Positions 26,726 through 35,936 of a DNA stretch of 35,936 nucleotides are shown in pieces. Position 1 is the first letter of the stretch. Every line of letters starts with the position of its first letter. Under the pieces are notes generated by a model. That model had not been told where the DNA came from. It saw only the letters and a list, made by a program, of their open reading frames with translations, and made no database searches. Origin of the DNA: an uncultured archaeon (GTDB lineage Archaea; Asgardarchaeota; Lokiarchaeia; Sigyniarchaeales; SOKP01); contig CAZOYD010000035.1 in the NCBI GenBank assembly GCA_964583985.1, positions 1 to 35,936 on the forward strand, given 5' to 3'. The position numbers were made by a program, and so were the translations under genes.

Positions 26726-27640
26726 TCATTTAGTTGTTACAATCGTATTTCCATCCATATCGATTATTATCGTATGTTCTTGTTGAGCTACTGGAGCTCT
26801 TGATTGTTCGATTAATATAGGATAATGATCAAGAACTTTCTTCCTAACAAGGGAGTCCATATATCTTTTAATCTTATCCACAGGAACCAGATCATTTTTC
26901 TCAATTAAACGAGGTGAAAATGGTAATTTTCTTGTTAAAGTCTCAATTTTTTGCATTAAAACTTGTTCTTCATAAGATATATTTTTTTTTAATTTCTTGA
27001 TTAATCTGTAAATATAAGAAATATTTCCATTGATTACCTTCCCAATCCCCGATGTCGAAAAGGGCTCACAAGCATATGCTTGACCAGGTTCTATTACTTG
27101 ATCATGCATCTTATCCTTATAATTTGGAATAAACGGTCCTGCGTGAAGGTTAAATTGCTTCAACTCATGACCGCCTAAATTAGTTATGGGTCGTAATCCG
27201 AAATTAATAATTTTATCAGCAATAACTTCACCCAATTCATATAATTTTACTCCAGGTTTGAATATTTCAATCGCTGCCTCTAAACCCTCTTCAGCCGCAT
27301 CAATATATTTCTGTAATTTTGGATCTTCGTCTAAATTAATTGTAAAAGCTGAATCTGCAATATAACCATTATGATGGGATCCAAGATCCACTTTTAACAA
27401 ACCTTTTTCAGGGATTTGAGTTAAATCTCCAATTGGTGGACTATAGTGAGCAGCTATCTCATTTAATGAGAGATTTATTGGAAAAGATAACTCACAACTA
27501 TTATTAAGGATTTCCTCTTCACATTTATTTGCAACCTCTAAGTAGGAAATTCCCGGCTTAATTAATTTTCGGGCAAGATTCTTTGCAGCAACAACAGCTT
27601 TACCAGCTAAGACATATGATTCAATCCAATTTTCTGTCAT
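26726..27640 (-). CDS. map: Type II methionine aminopeptidase
   Basis: AAHYSP, KVDLGSH..GYIADSA, GGH, LHAG, EPF and QQEHT. Confidence 0.96.
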   Translation of the reverse strand: MTENWIESYVLAGKAVVAAKNLARKLIKPGISYLEVANKCEEEILNNSCELSFPINLSLNEIAAHYSPPIGDLTQIPEKGLLKVDLGSHHNGYIADSAFTINLDEDPKLQKYIDAAEEGLEAAIEIFKPGVKLYELGEVIADKIINFGLRPITNLGGHELKQFNLHAGPFIPNYKDKMHDQVIEPGQAYACEPFSTSGIGKVINGNISYIYRLIKKLKKNISYEEQVLMQKIETLTRKLPFSPRLIEKNDLVPVDKIKRYMDSLVRKKVLDHYPILIEQSRAPVAQQEHTIIIDMDGNTIVTTK

Positions 27641-27682
27641 AGTTATTGAATTTATATATGATTTTTGAATATTTATATAAAT

Positions 27683-29005
27683 CTATGGAGTTAATCTATC
27701 AGGAGTTCGGGGATACATGACGGTTTCTCTAATATCATCCAATCCACATAAGAAGGTTATCCATCGAGCAATGCCTAATCCAAATCCCGCATGAGGAGGC
27801 ATTCCAAAATCAAATGCATTGAGATGAGATTCGAATGATAGTGGATTTAAACCTTTAGAGTCTAATGCTTCTTCCAATTGTTTTCTCGAATGTACTCTTG
27901 TTCCACCAGAGGTTAATTCGAGCCATCCCATCTGTAGATCGAATGATTCGGAATATTTCGGATCTTTGGATGGCATTATGTAGAACGGCTTTATTTTCAT
28001 CGGCCAATGAGTGATATAATAATAACCCTCAAATTCTTCTCCTAATTTACGATATGCCTCAGTCGAGATATCTTCACCCCATTCAAGGGGGATGTCAAAT
28101 TTTTCGTTGATTAGTTCAATCAACTCATCGTATTTATATCTGGGAAATGGTAATTTTGGAACTAATGTTTTATCTTCCATTCCAAGGAAGGTTAATGCAC
28201 TCATTTTGTTAATTCTGATGTTTTTTATGACATTATGAACCAATTCTTCTAAAATTTTTAATACATCATACATATCCGCAAACGCCATCTCTACATCTAA
28301 CATAAATATTTCACAAATATGACGTTTTGTACGACTCTTTTCTGCTCTAAAACAAGGGCTCAATTCATAAACTCTTTCATAAACACCGCTTAATTGTTCC
28401 TTATACAACTGTGAAGATTGCGTTAAAAATGCTTCCTTATCAAAATACATAATTGGAAATAATTCAGTTCCTCCTTCTGTTGCTGAACCTATTATTTTTG
28501 GTGTTATGATCTCCGTAAAATCATTGTCAAGTAAAAATTTTCGGATTGAATTTAAAACGTCCCCATGAATTTCAAATATTGCTTGATTTCGTAATGATCT
28601 TAGATCCAATGATCTATTGTTTAATCGGATATCTAATTCTGAAATAGTCTCACCAGTCATATCTATGGGTAATTTTTCAGGTGTTTTATTAAGAATTCTA
28701 ATTTCTGAGGGAATTATTTCAACTCCTCCCGGAGCTTTATCAAATGCTTTTACTTTACCCTTGACCATAATACAGTATTGATATCCTAATTTGGTATTTT
28801 CAAATAATTCATCTGATACATTCCCTTTCTTTAAAGTTATTTGCCTTTCACCATATTTATCTTGAAGATTAATAAATTTTAACCCACCAAGATCACGGAA
28901 ATTTCTAACCCACCCCCCAAGAATTATTTCTTTTCCTGCTAATACTTGCGAAATATTTTTGGTATAGTGAGTTTTACGCCAAGTACCTATTTGTTCAATC
29001 GTCAT
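27683..29005 (-). CDS. aspS: Aspartyl-tRNA synthetase, archaeal type
   Basis: GWV..RDLGG, ATEGG, QSSQLYK, FRAE, ELTSGGTRVH, GMPPHAGFGLG and YPRTPDRLTP. Confidence 0.96.
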   Translation of the reverse strand: MTIEQIGTWRKTHYTKNISQVLAGKEIILGGWVRNFRDLGGLKFINLQDKYGERQITLKKGNVSDELFENTKLGYQYCIMVKGKVKAFDKAPGGVEIIPSEIRILNKTPEKLPIDMTGETISELDIRLNNRSLDLRSLRNQAIFEIHGDVLNSIRKFLLDNDFTEIITPKIIGSATEGGTELFPIMYFDKEAFLTQSSQLYKEQLSGVYERVYELSPCFRAEKSRTKRHICEIFMLDVEMAFADMYDVLKILEELVHNVIKNIRINKMSALTFLGMEDKTLVPKLPFPRYKYDELIELINEKFDIPLEWGEDISTEAYRKLGEEFEGYYYITHWPMKIKPFYIMPSKDPKYSESFDLQMGWLELTSGGTRVHSRKQLEEALDSKGLNPLSFESHLNAFDFGMPPHAGFGLGIARWITFLCGLDDIRETVMYPRTPDRLTP

Positions 29006-29095
29006 TTTCTCACTCTTTAATAGAATATAAATATTAGAATAAATTTGAAAACGAAAGTAATAATAAATTCTTTGTCATATTTAAGATTGTAAGTC

Positions 29096-30598
29096 ATGCC
29101 AACTTTAAGATGGAAGGATAAAGAAAAATACGAACAACTTATCTCGAATATAGACCATAAAGCAGTATCCTTTCAAGTTAATGAGGAATTTTGTGATATT
29201 TCTCTTAAAACTACTTCTAAAAATAAAGAAAATATCTGGGAAAACAGTTTGATTCTGGGAGATAATAAAATGGTAATGGAAAGCTTAATTGATAGTTCAT
29301 TTCAAGAGATCGATCTAATTTATATTGATCCCCCTTTTGCTACAGGAGGAAATTTTAATTACAAAGTTCAGATTGGTGAAGAAGGAGCTACTGAAGTGGT
29401 AAAATCATATTCTGATAATTGGAGAGGAGGAATCGATTCTTATCTTAACTTTTTACACGAGCGATTACAATTAATGACACAACTCCTTTCCGAAAGAGGT
29501 AGCATTTATGTACATTTGGATTGGCATGTAAGCCATTATGTAAAGATTATTTTAGATGAAATTTTTGGAGAAACAAATTTTCGAAACGAAATAATTTGGG
29601 TTTATCCGGCGGCATCAGCCCAAACAAGGAACTTTTTTATCCGATCATATGATGTAATTTTATTTTATACAAAGTCTGAAAAGTACATATTTAATGATGA
29701 TCCAAATATCTATATGAGTTATTCTGATCGCGTTAAAAACGCCTTGAAAGAAGATGAAAATGGAATATTTTATTATCGAGGAGGAAGTCATGATGGTAAA
29801 AAATTATCACGAAAAGTATACGTCAAACAAGACGGTATTTTTCCAAGGGATTTTTGGAATGACATACCATATATAAGAGCTAATATTGCTGAATATCAAG
29901 GTTTTTCGACCCAAAAACCCGAACGATTATTAAAAAGAATAATTTTGGCTTCTACAAATAAGAATGATTTAGTAGCTGATTTTTTTTGCGGTAGTGGCAC
30001 TACTTTAGTTGTAGCTGAAAAATTAGGAAGAAGATGGATAGGTTGCGATGCTACAAGTCATGCAATACACTTAACACGCAAAAGATTACTCAACATAAAT
30101 AAGAGTAATGATCTTTTGAATTGGAAAAAAAAATATGACCAACCCTTAAAGCCATTTAAAATCTTATCATTAGAAGGAATTCACCAAAAAGAATATCTTC
30201 ACGAAAAATTCTTGGGAGGGGGAGAAAATTTTAATTTAGACAATATTATGAAGACCAGTAAACCAAAACTCTCAATTGAGATTCACCAAAAAGAGCATAA
30301 AATAGCAATAGAACTAAAAGATTATTCACTTCCATTTATAGATAAGATTTCCAGTAAATTAAAGGAAAAAATTAGAAAATTTTCGGATTGGATCGATTAT
30401 TGGGCGATTGATTTCAATTATTCCTACAATGTATTTAAAGTTAGTTGGACATCATTTCGAACTCCAAAAATGCGAAAGATGGAAATGAAGTCTGTAGAGC
30501 ATTCATATTTAAAACCAGGTAAGTATATCATCGCGATCATGACAATTGATATTTTAGGTATTGCAACAATCCACACGTTCGAACTTAAAATAAATTAA
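29096..30598 (+). CDS. Amino-DNA methyltransferase (beta class, Mod-like), apparently orphan
   Basis: IYIDPPF precedes TQKPERLL and DFFCGSGTT (beta order); C-terminal DWIDYWAIDF domain. Confidence 0.92.
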   Translation: MPTLRWKDKEKYEQLISNIDHKAVSFQVNEEFCDISLKTTSKNKENIWENSLILGDNKMVMESLIDSSFQEIDLIYIDPPFATGGNFNYKVQIGEEGATEVVKSYSDNWRGGIDSYLNFLHERLQLMTQLLSERGSIYVHLDWHVSHYVKIILDEIFGETNFRNEIIWVYPAASAQTRNFFIRSYDVILFYTKSEKYIFNDDPNIYMSYSDRVKNALKEDENGIFYYRGGSHDGKKLSRKVYVKQDGIFPRDFWNDIPYIRANIAEYQGFSTQKPERLLKRIILASTNKNDLVADFFCGSGTTLVVAEKLGRRWIGCDATSHAIHLTRKRLLNINKSNDLLNWKKKYDQPLKPFKILSLEGIHQKEYLHEKFLGGGENFNLDNIMKTSKPKLSIEIHQKEHKIAIELKDYSLPFIDKISSKLKEKIRKFSDWIDYWAIDFNYSYNVFKVSWTSFRTPKMRKMEMKSVEHSYLKPGKYIIAIMTIDILGIATIHTFELKIN

Positions 30599-32002
30599 TT
30601 ATTTCATCAATTCTCGTAAAACCATTGTGGCGTAAGATCCCCTTGGAAGCGAAAATTCAATTTTTACTTGTTGTTTGTTTTGAAAAATATCATCTTTAAG
30701 AACCTGAAGTATTTTTGCATCTGACAGTTTAATTGTCATTGCTCTATGAGCACCTTTAAATTCATATTGCCGAAATAACTCACTTTTAAAGATTGAAGGA
30801 TCTACATTTTGTTCTTTTAATATTTTTTTGAAATATTCATTCATGAGAGGATATTCATCCATCTTAGTATCATAACCTACCAAAGGAATTACAATACTAG
30901 CTCGATTCAAAAGAATCGCTTTTTTTAAGAATTTATCATATCTCCCACCATAAATGTATTTTACTGAAGTTAAATCTCCTTTATCATCATCTAAAATTAC
31001 AAGAACATCTCCATTAACGGGTTCAAAGGGCGATAGTCCATCTTTAATCCTAAATGTTAACATCTTGTTGAACAAATACGATTGAAATGAACTAAAGAGC
31101 AATTTTTTCAAATAGTTAGGGATACTTTGCACGCTACCCTTGAAATCTTGTTCATGTTCTATAAGATGTTGAATCATCATCCTTTCATAATTCAAACTTT
31201 TTGGAAAATTATCATAGGCCCAAATCATATCCCCATCTCTTCTCAATTTATTTCTTAAAATTTGAGATTTTATTGACTCAGAAGAATATGTATTTAGAAC
31301 AAGTTCGTCAAAGACATTTTCATATTCATTTAATAATATGTGCTTTGCAATAAGGTGAGAATTTGGCCTAAATGTCCCAAATCTTTGAAGTCCATAATAA
31401 TTTAGAAATCCATCATTCGTCAACTTTTCGAAAACTTTCTGAATCCGCTTCTCTATATCAATATCATTATCTATATTTCTTATTATTACGGTAAAACGAT
31501 TCCCTTTATTACTGCCTAGTTTGATCGATTTTGGTGAAAGAGAGATATTATGAATAAAAATATCTCGGAGCTTTAAATTTTCTAAATTTTCTATATGATT
31601 GCCCTTAACAGCAACTTTTTGCACGCTAATAGAACATCTATCTTTTAATCCAGAATAGCTAAGATGAGATAAAGGAATTTTCAACGCGTTAGTTATTAAG
31701 TTAAACGCTTTAAATGGTTCTTTATTTATCTTAATTAAATCAAACTCGGTATAATCATCATGTATTTCGCTTGAAAAATGAGGTTTCGTCGAATTATCCT
31801 TAATTCTGAGTATTTCTCCCTCTTTTGTTATTTCTTGGACAATAAAGTCTTTATAAGAGTGTTTGTAAATTCCACCAATTCCATCTATATTTAAAGTGGT
31901 AAAAGCTTCGATACCGGCAAACTTTTCTATTTCTCTCTCACTATTATCTTTAAAAATTATTACTCGATCCTGTATATGAGTCAACGGTTTTCTCTCAACC
32001 AT
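30599..32002 (-). CDS. truD: tRNA pseudouridine(13) synthase
   Basis: DFIVQE, SGLKD, GNRF, NYYGLQRFG, QSYLFN and FSLPRGSYAT. Confidence 0.96.
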   Translation of the reverse strand: MVERKPLTHIQDRVIIFKDNSEREIEKFAGIEAFTTLNIDGIGGIYKHSYKDFIVQEITKEGEILRIKDNSTKPHFSSEIHDDYTEFDLIKINKEPFKAFNLITNALKIPLSHLSYSGLKDRCSISVQKVAVKGNHIENLENLKLRDIFIHNISLSPKSIKLGSNKGNRFTVIIRNIDNDIDIEKRIQKVFEKLTNDGFLNYYGLQRFGTFRPNSHLIAKHILLNEYENVFDELVLNTYSSESIKSQILRNKLRRDGDMIWAYDNFPKSLNYERMMIQHLIEHEQDFKGSVQSIPNYLKKLLFSSFQSYLFNKMLTFRIKDGLSPFEPVNGDVLVILDDDKGDLTSVKYIYGGRYDKFLKKAILLNRASIVIPLVGYDTKMDEYPLMNEYFKKILKEQNVDPSIFKSELFRQYEFKGAHRAMTIKLSDAKILQVLKDDIFQNKQQVKIEFSLPRGSYATMVLRELMK

Positions 32003-32006
32003 AATG

Positions 32007-32363
32007 TTATAATAATTTTAAATTTCCGGTTATTTCATCCAATTCTCGGGAAAGTACCGGTCCGATGCCTAATGCAGTTGTAGTTCCGGGAGATAATTGA
32101 GTAAGTCCAGCGTCTTTAACTAAAAAATAGGGGATGTTTTTCTTTTCTAATTTAACAACTATTTCGTTTAAATCATCCATTCCCATTACTTTCAATACGA
32201 CTTTTTTTTGACCCGTATTCTTCCAATTCTTCCATATTACCTTATTCTTAATTCTTACTAAATCAGAAGCTGACACTGAAGCATGACATGATTGAGCACA
32301 TTTCTTTCCCGTCCCCATTTTTAAATCTGTTCTAATAAGGATTACTTGTTTATATTCTTCCAC
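32007..32363 (-). CDS. pth2: Peptidyl-tRNA hydrolase Pth2
   Basis: [34 protein letters not shown] and IGP; GTG start. Confidence 0.96.
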   Translation of the reverse strand: MEEYKQVILIRTDLKMGTGKKCAQSCHASVSASDLVRIKNKVIWKNWKNTGQKKVVLKVMGMDDLNEIVVKLEKKNIPYFLVKDAGLTQLSPGTTTALGIGPVLSRELDEITGNLKLL

Positions 32364-32416
32364 GATTTTTAAAACCTATATTTTATTAAGGAATTAGGAT
32401 ATATATTGATTTTAAC

Positions 32417-32932
32417 TCATTCAAATTCGATTCGAGTGACATTACCAGTTAACTCAAGAACTAATTCTTCAAGTTCCTCCCGAGTGAAAAGAAGTTTTTC
32501 CTTATCAGATTGAAAAAGGATTGCCCTAAACTCTATTTCACCTGTTGCGAGGAAAATTTCATTCAATGAAAGGATCTTATAAGGAGCAATTAATGCTTCT
32601 ATAACAGGTCTTGGCTTGCTAGTTTTTTCAATTAATATCAAATTGTCAATTTCATATGTTTCTTTAATAAAATCAATTAGATCAGGCTTGATCCGTAATT
32701 TATCTTTTTTTCCAACAACAAGAATTACTACATCTTCATAATCTATAGCCTTAAAAAAAGACACATCTCGTAAATAAGAAAATTTTTCATCTTGTTCTTC
32801 CGCTTCAAGCATAGTTTTGGCTATATCTAATTCAAACTCCGTAAGCTCCCCATCCTCAAGTTTTGCTTGACATGAAGTGCAGAGGAATCCTGAATGCACG
32901 CACGTTTTACACGCGGGTAATGTTTTGACCAT
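32417..32932 (-). CDS. Archaeal NusA-like protein with an N-terminal Zn finger
   Basis: LPACKTCVHSGFLCTSCQAKLEDG; located in the rpl38e-pth2-truD run. Confidence 0.7.
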   Translation of the reverse strand: MVKTLPACKTCVHSGFLCTSCQAKLEDGELTEFELDIAKTMLEAEEQDEKFSYLRDVSFFKAIDYEDVVILVVGKKDKLRIKPDLIDFIKETYEIDNLILIEKTSKPRPVIEALIAPYKILSLNEIFLATGEIEFRAILFQSDKEKLLFTREELEELVLELTGNVTRIEFE

Positions 32933-32977
32933 TTCTACTCAATATTTTTAATATCTTATCATATTTTAGAGCTAATG

Positions 32978-33172
32978 TTACAATTCAATGATATCGCATT
33001 TAACATTCGCCAATAATCGATCCGCAGTCGTTGGGTCTGTCTTAAACGTAAATAGATGTTTTTGCGTCCTTAATTTCAATTTGACGACATCCTTTACTCG
33101 TTTCACCCTGCAATGTACAGCATATTCAGAATATCTAATAAAATCTTCTTCATTAAAAATTTCCTTCGGCAA
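32978..33172 (-). CDS. rpl38e: Ribosomal protein eL38
   Basis: MPKEI...CRVKR...KLKLRTQKHLFT; TTG start. Confidence 0.9.
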   Translation of the reverse strand: MPKEIFNEEDFIRYSEYAVHCRVKRVKDVVKLKLRTQKHLFTFKTDPTTADRLLANVKCDIIEL

Positions 33173-33356
33173 TTTTACTCAACTAACTATACGTTTACTA
33201 ATAAATCAATTAATTTATAGAAATTTTAATAGAATTTTAATTTTTACTTTATATTTGTATGAGATACAAAAATTTTAATTCTTAAAACTATTTTACTCAT
33301 TATTATTTAGGTTGCAAATTTTATACGCACCCTATAAGAATTCGAGGAAATGAACA

Positions 33357-33521
33357 ATGAGCCCTATAGATGATTTAGAAAAACGGAAAATCGCCAGATA
33401 TCACTTACTTGATAAAAGTGTGTGCCGAAGATGTGGTGCTCTTAATCCTTCAAAAGCAAGAAAGTGTCGCAAATGCCACGGTAAAGATCTGCGACCTAAA
33501 AGAAAAGAACTCTCGAAATAA
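33357..33521 (+). CDS. rpl40e: Ribosomal protein eL40
   Basis: Not in the ORF track. Hand translation: [54 protein letters not shown]. Confidence 0.95.
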   Translation: MSPIDDLEKRKIARYHLLDKSVCRRCGALNPSKARKCRKCHGKDLRPKRKELSK

Positions 33522-33535
33522 TTCTCCTTTATCAG

Positions 33536-33758
33536 TTACATTACTGGTTTTTCAGCTGATTTTGAGGGGTATTCATTTAAATTTATTGCATAAATTATTA
33601 TTCCGCCTATAAATGAAATTAAACCCATAATAAATCGCGCGAAGCGATTATAATAATAAATAGAAGGAACTTGAAGAATTTGATTTGCTAAATTGAATTT
33701 TCCAACGGAGTATAATTCTAGCTCCATTGTCTAACTTCTTTTTTGACATCTTAACCAA
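33536..33758 (-). pseudogene. Frameshifted or deleted paralog of the 33767..34066 membrane protein
   Basis: The SD-led frame (TTG 33758/ATG 33749, MSKKKLDNGARIILRW...) stops at 33648. The homologous C-terminus MGLISFIGGIIIYAINL lies in another frame. Confidence 0.5.
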
Positions 33759-33766
33759 TAATTCAC

Positions 33767-34066
33767 CTATTTTGATATTCCATTATTCACCTTCCGTAAA
33801 TCCTTATCGATTTTATCAATCTTATAGAACAAAAGATTTATTGCGTATGCGATTGCTCCACCTGTAATAGAAATTAAGCCCAGAAGAATAAATCCTAAGC
33901 ACCAGATATTTGAAATAAGAAAAAAATTAAATTCTACTTCATATGATAAAATTACTATCAAATCTAATACTCCTATTAAGATGAATAAGCCTCCTGCTAA
34001 GAATAACCAATTATATATAGTTTTAATATTTTCGTTCTGTTCATCAGTTGCCATGTAATATACCAT
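33767..34066 (-). CDS. Small 2-TM membrane protein
   Basis: 99-aa ORF with AGGAG SD upstream and two TM helices. Confidence 0.7.
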   Translation of the reverse strand: MVYYMATDEQNENIKTIYNWLFLAGGLFILIGVLDLIVILSYEVEFNFFLISNIWCLGFILLGLISITGGAIAYAINLLFYKIDKIDKDLRKVNNGISK

Positions 34067-34395
34067 TCTCCTTAATTTTAAGTTGCAAATTTGTCAATTT
34101 AATATTTTATAAGTGTTCGCTCTCTTATTTAAATACATGAGCAGATTTTATTCATTTCAAAAACACCTTTAATTTTGATATGATATGATAACTTAACCAA
34201 GTATATCATGAATTCTGGCAAGAAATACTGAATGTTCCAAATGATCACGAAATAACGATGGGATATAATTCCTCTCTTCATGTAAAAAAGCGTAATTTTT
34301 AAATTTTTCAGTATATTTTGATTGTTATATATAAAGATGTTCAAATCATAATAAAATTATAATTAAAGAATTTAACTAAAATGGTGAATAAATAA

Positions 34396-35936
34396 ATGTG
34401 TGCACAACTTGGCGGACAACCCATCTTCATAATGAAAGAGGGAACCGAAAGAACTCGTGGAAAAGATGCAATGCAAAATAACATTGCTGCTGCGAAAGTA
34501 ATCGCTGAAGCCGTTCGCACATCACTAGGTCCCATGGGCATGGATAAAATGCTCGTCGATCAATTTGGTGATGTAGTGATCACAAACGATGGCGCAACAA
34601 TCTTAAAAGAAATTGACGTACAACATCCTGCTGCAAAGATGATGGTAGAAGTCGCCAAAACTCAGGATTCTGAAGTTGGAGACGGTACCACGACCAGCGT
34701 GATTATCGCAGGGGAATTACTAAAGCGTGCCGAAAAGCTTTTACAACAGAAAATCCATCCTACAGTGATTTCTGAAGGATTTAGAAAAGCCGCGGATAAA
34801 GCAGTTGAGATCTTGGAAGAAATTTCCATTAAAAGTGGAATTGATGACTATGAGGGTTTAAAAAATTGCGCAATGACATGCATGTCAAGCAAGATTGTCT
34901 CTGAATCAAAAATCATGCTCGCTGAAATTTGCATTGATGCAATTAAAGCAATAGCCGAAAAAGGAGAAAATGGCAAGTGGATCGCTGATATCGACAAGGT
35001 TCAGATTCAAAAGAAAGAAGGAGAAAGCATTGATGAAACCTCCCTAATCAAGGGAATCATCCTTGATAAGGAAGTTGTAAGTCCTGGAATGCCTAAATCC
35101 ATAAAAGACGCGAAAATCTTGTTATTACAAAGCGCAATCGAGATTGAAAAGACCGAATTCGATAGCAAGCTGCAAATTACAAGACCAGAACAAATCCAAG
35201 AATTTTTAGATGAAGAAGAACGAATGCTTCGATCCATGGTTGAAAAAATCGTGAAGTCTGGAGCAAATGTTTTAGTTTGTCAAAAAGGAATTGATGATTT
35301 GGCTCAACACTTCTTATCCAAAGCTGGCGTGATGGCAATCAGGAGAGTCAAGAAATCCGATATCGAAAAACTTGCCAAAGCAACTGGTGGAATGATCTAT
35401 ACCAATCTTGAAGATGTCTCCACTGCGAAACTTGGATATGCGGGACTAGTCGAAGAACGAAAGATCATGAATGATAGCTGGATCTTCATCGAAGAATGCA
35501 AGGAACCAAAATCAGTCGTGATTTTAATTCGTGGTGGAACTGAATTAATCATTGATGAAGTCGAGAGAGCAATTCACGATACTCTTTGCGTCATTCGAGA
35601 TGTAATTCAAGATGAAAAAGTCGTTGGAGGCGGTGGCGCTCCAGAAATCGAAACTGCCATCCGATTACGAAAATATGCTTCAACTCTCGGCGGTCGTGAA
35701 CAATTAGCCGTTGAAGTTTTTGCTGACAGCCTTGATATCATCCCAAAAACACTCGCTGAAAATTCTGGGCTCGACCAAATTGACATCTTGATGCAACTAC
35801 GTGCCGCTCATCAAGCTGGCAACAAGTTTGCTGGCTATGACATGAATGCAAGTAAAGTCATAAATAACATGATGGATATTGGCGTTGTAGAACCTACAAT
35901 CGTCAAGATTCAAGCCATCAAGAGCTCATCAGAAGC
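34396..35936 (+). CDS. ths: Thermosome (group II chaperonin) subunit, partial at the window end
   Basis: Not in the ORF track. ATG at 34396 after GGTGA: [25 protein letters not shown]...[31 protein letters not shown]; open to the end of the window. Confidence 0.97.
   Translation, partial: MCAQLGGQPIFIMKEGTERTRGKDAMQNNIAAAKVIAEAVRTSLGPMGMDKMLVDQFGDVVITNDGATILKEIDVQHPAAKMMVEVAKTQDSEVGDGTTTSVIIAGELLKRAEKLLQQKIHPTVISEGFRKAADKAVEILEEISIKSGIDDYEGLKNCAMTCMSSKIVSESKIMLAEICIDAIKAIAEKGENGKWIADIDKVQIQKKEGESIDETSLIKGIILDKEVVSPGMPKSIKDAKILLLQSAIEIEKTEFDSKLQITRPEQIQEFLDEEERMLRSMVEKIVKSGANVLVCQKGIDDLAQHFLSKAGVMAIRRVKKSDIEKLAKATGGMIYTNLEDVSTAKLGYAGLVEERKIMNDSWIFIEECKEPKSVVILIRGGTELIIDEVERAIHDTLCVIRDVIQDEKVVGGGGAPEIETAIRLRKYASTLGGREQLAVEVFADSLDIIPKTLAENSGLDQIDILMQLRAAHQAGNKFAGYDMNASKVINNMMDIGVVEPTIVKIQAIKSSSE

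Noticed and set aside
3513-33278. Short overlapping ORFs (3513, 5811, 7170, 9293, 9740, 11128, 16816, 17740, 18126, 18454, 19048, 20454, 20814, 21813, 22150, 22960, 24265, 32988)
   Set aside because: They are antisense or off-frame within well-supported genes and have no recognisable motifs.
33409-33612. 67-aa ORF from the track
   Set aside because: Off-frame shadow of rpl40e (33357..33521).
34129-34344. 71-aa minus-strand ORF
   Set aside because: AT-rich intergenic composition, overlaps the thermosome promoter region, and has no motifs.
34381-34395. 4-codon uORF (ATG GTG AAT AAA TAA) abutting the thermosome ATG
   Set aside because: Most simply a by-product of the GGTGA Shine-Dalgarno sequence; no evidence of function.
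34341-35237. Minus-strand ORFs 34341..34541 and 35007..35237
   Set aside because: Antisense shadows of the thermosome gene.
34396-35936. Higher GC and C-ending codons suggesting horizontal transfer
   Set aside because: Explained by codon bias in a highly expressed chaperonin gene.
1-35936. CRISPR arrays, rRNA, integrases, transposases
   Set aside because: No regularly spaced repeats or matching motifs were seen by eye.

Overview
An AT-rich (roughly 30% GC by eye), densely coding archaeal chromosome segment, most likely from an Asgard archaeon of the Lokiarchaeia. The assignment rests on archaeal housekeeping genes (archaeal-type thrS and aspS, map, truD, pth2, prs, ribK/ribL, rpl38e, rpl40e, thermosome) mixed with eukaryotic-signature-like proteins: a Rab-like GTPase, a longin+wHTH protein, a membrane-anchored gelsolin-like protein, a JAMM/MPN+ protease and a Yip1-like fusion. 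No CRISPR array, rRNA, canonical tRNA or transposase was seen. The most striking unexplained element is the ORF-free gap at 25297-25867. It holds a ~460-nt + strand unit (25417-25877) with a TATA box at the expected distance, a perfect 12-bp helix pairing its two ends, many nested G-U-rich helices and a 10-T terminator. This looks like a large structured ncRNA, and it lacks the canonical RNase P, SRP and tmRNA signatures. Two genes (the Rab-like GTPase and an ArsR-type wHTH/Yip1 fusion) apparently need ATT start codons, and the ThrRS appears to have Asp in place of a zinc-ligand Cys. All calls come from manual motif reading and hand folding; no database searches were run.
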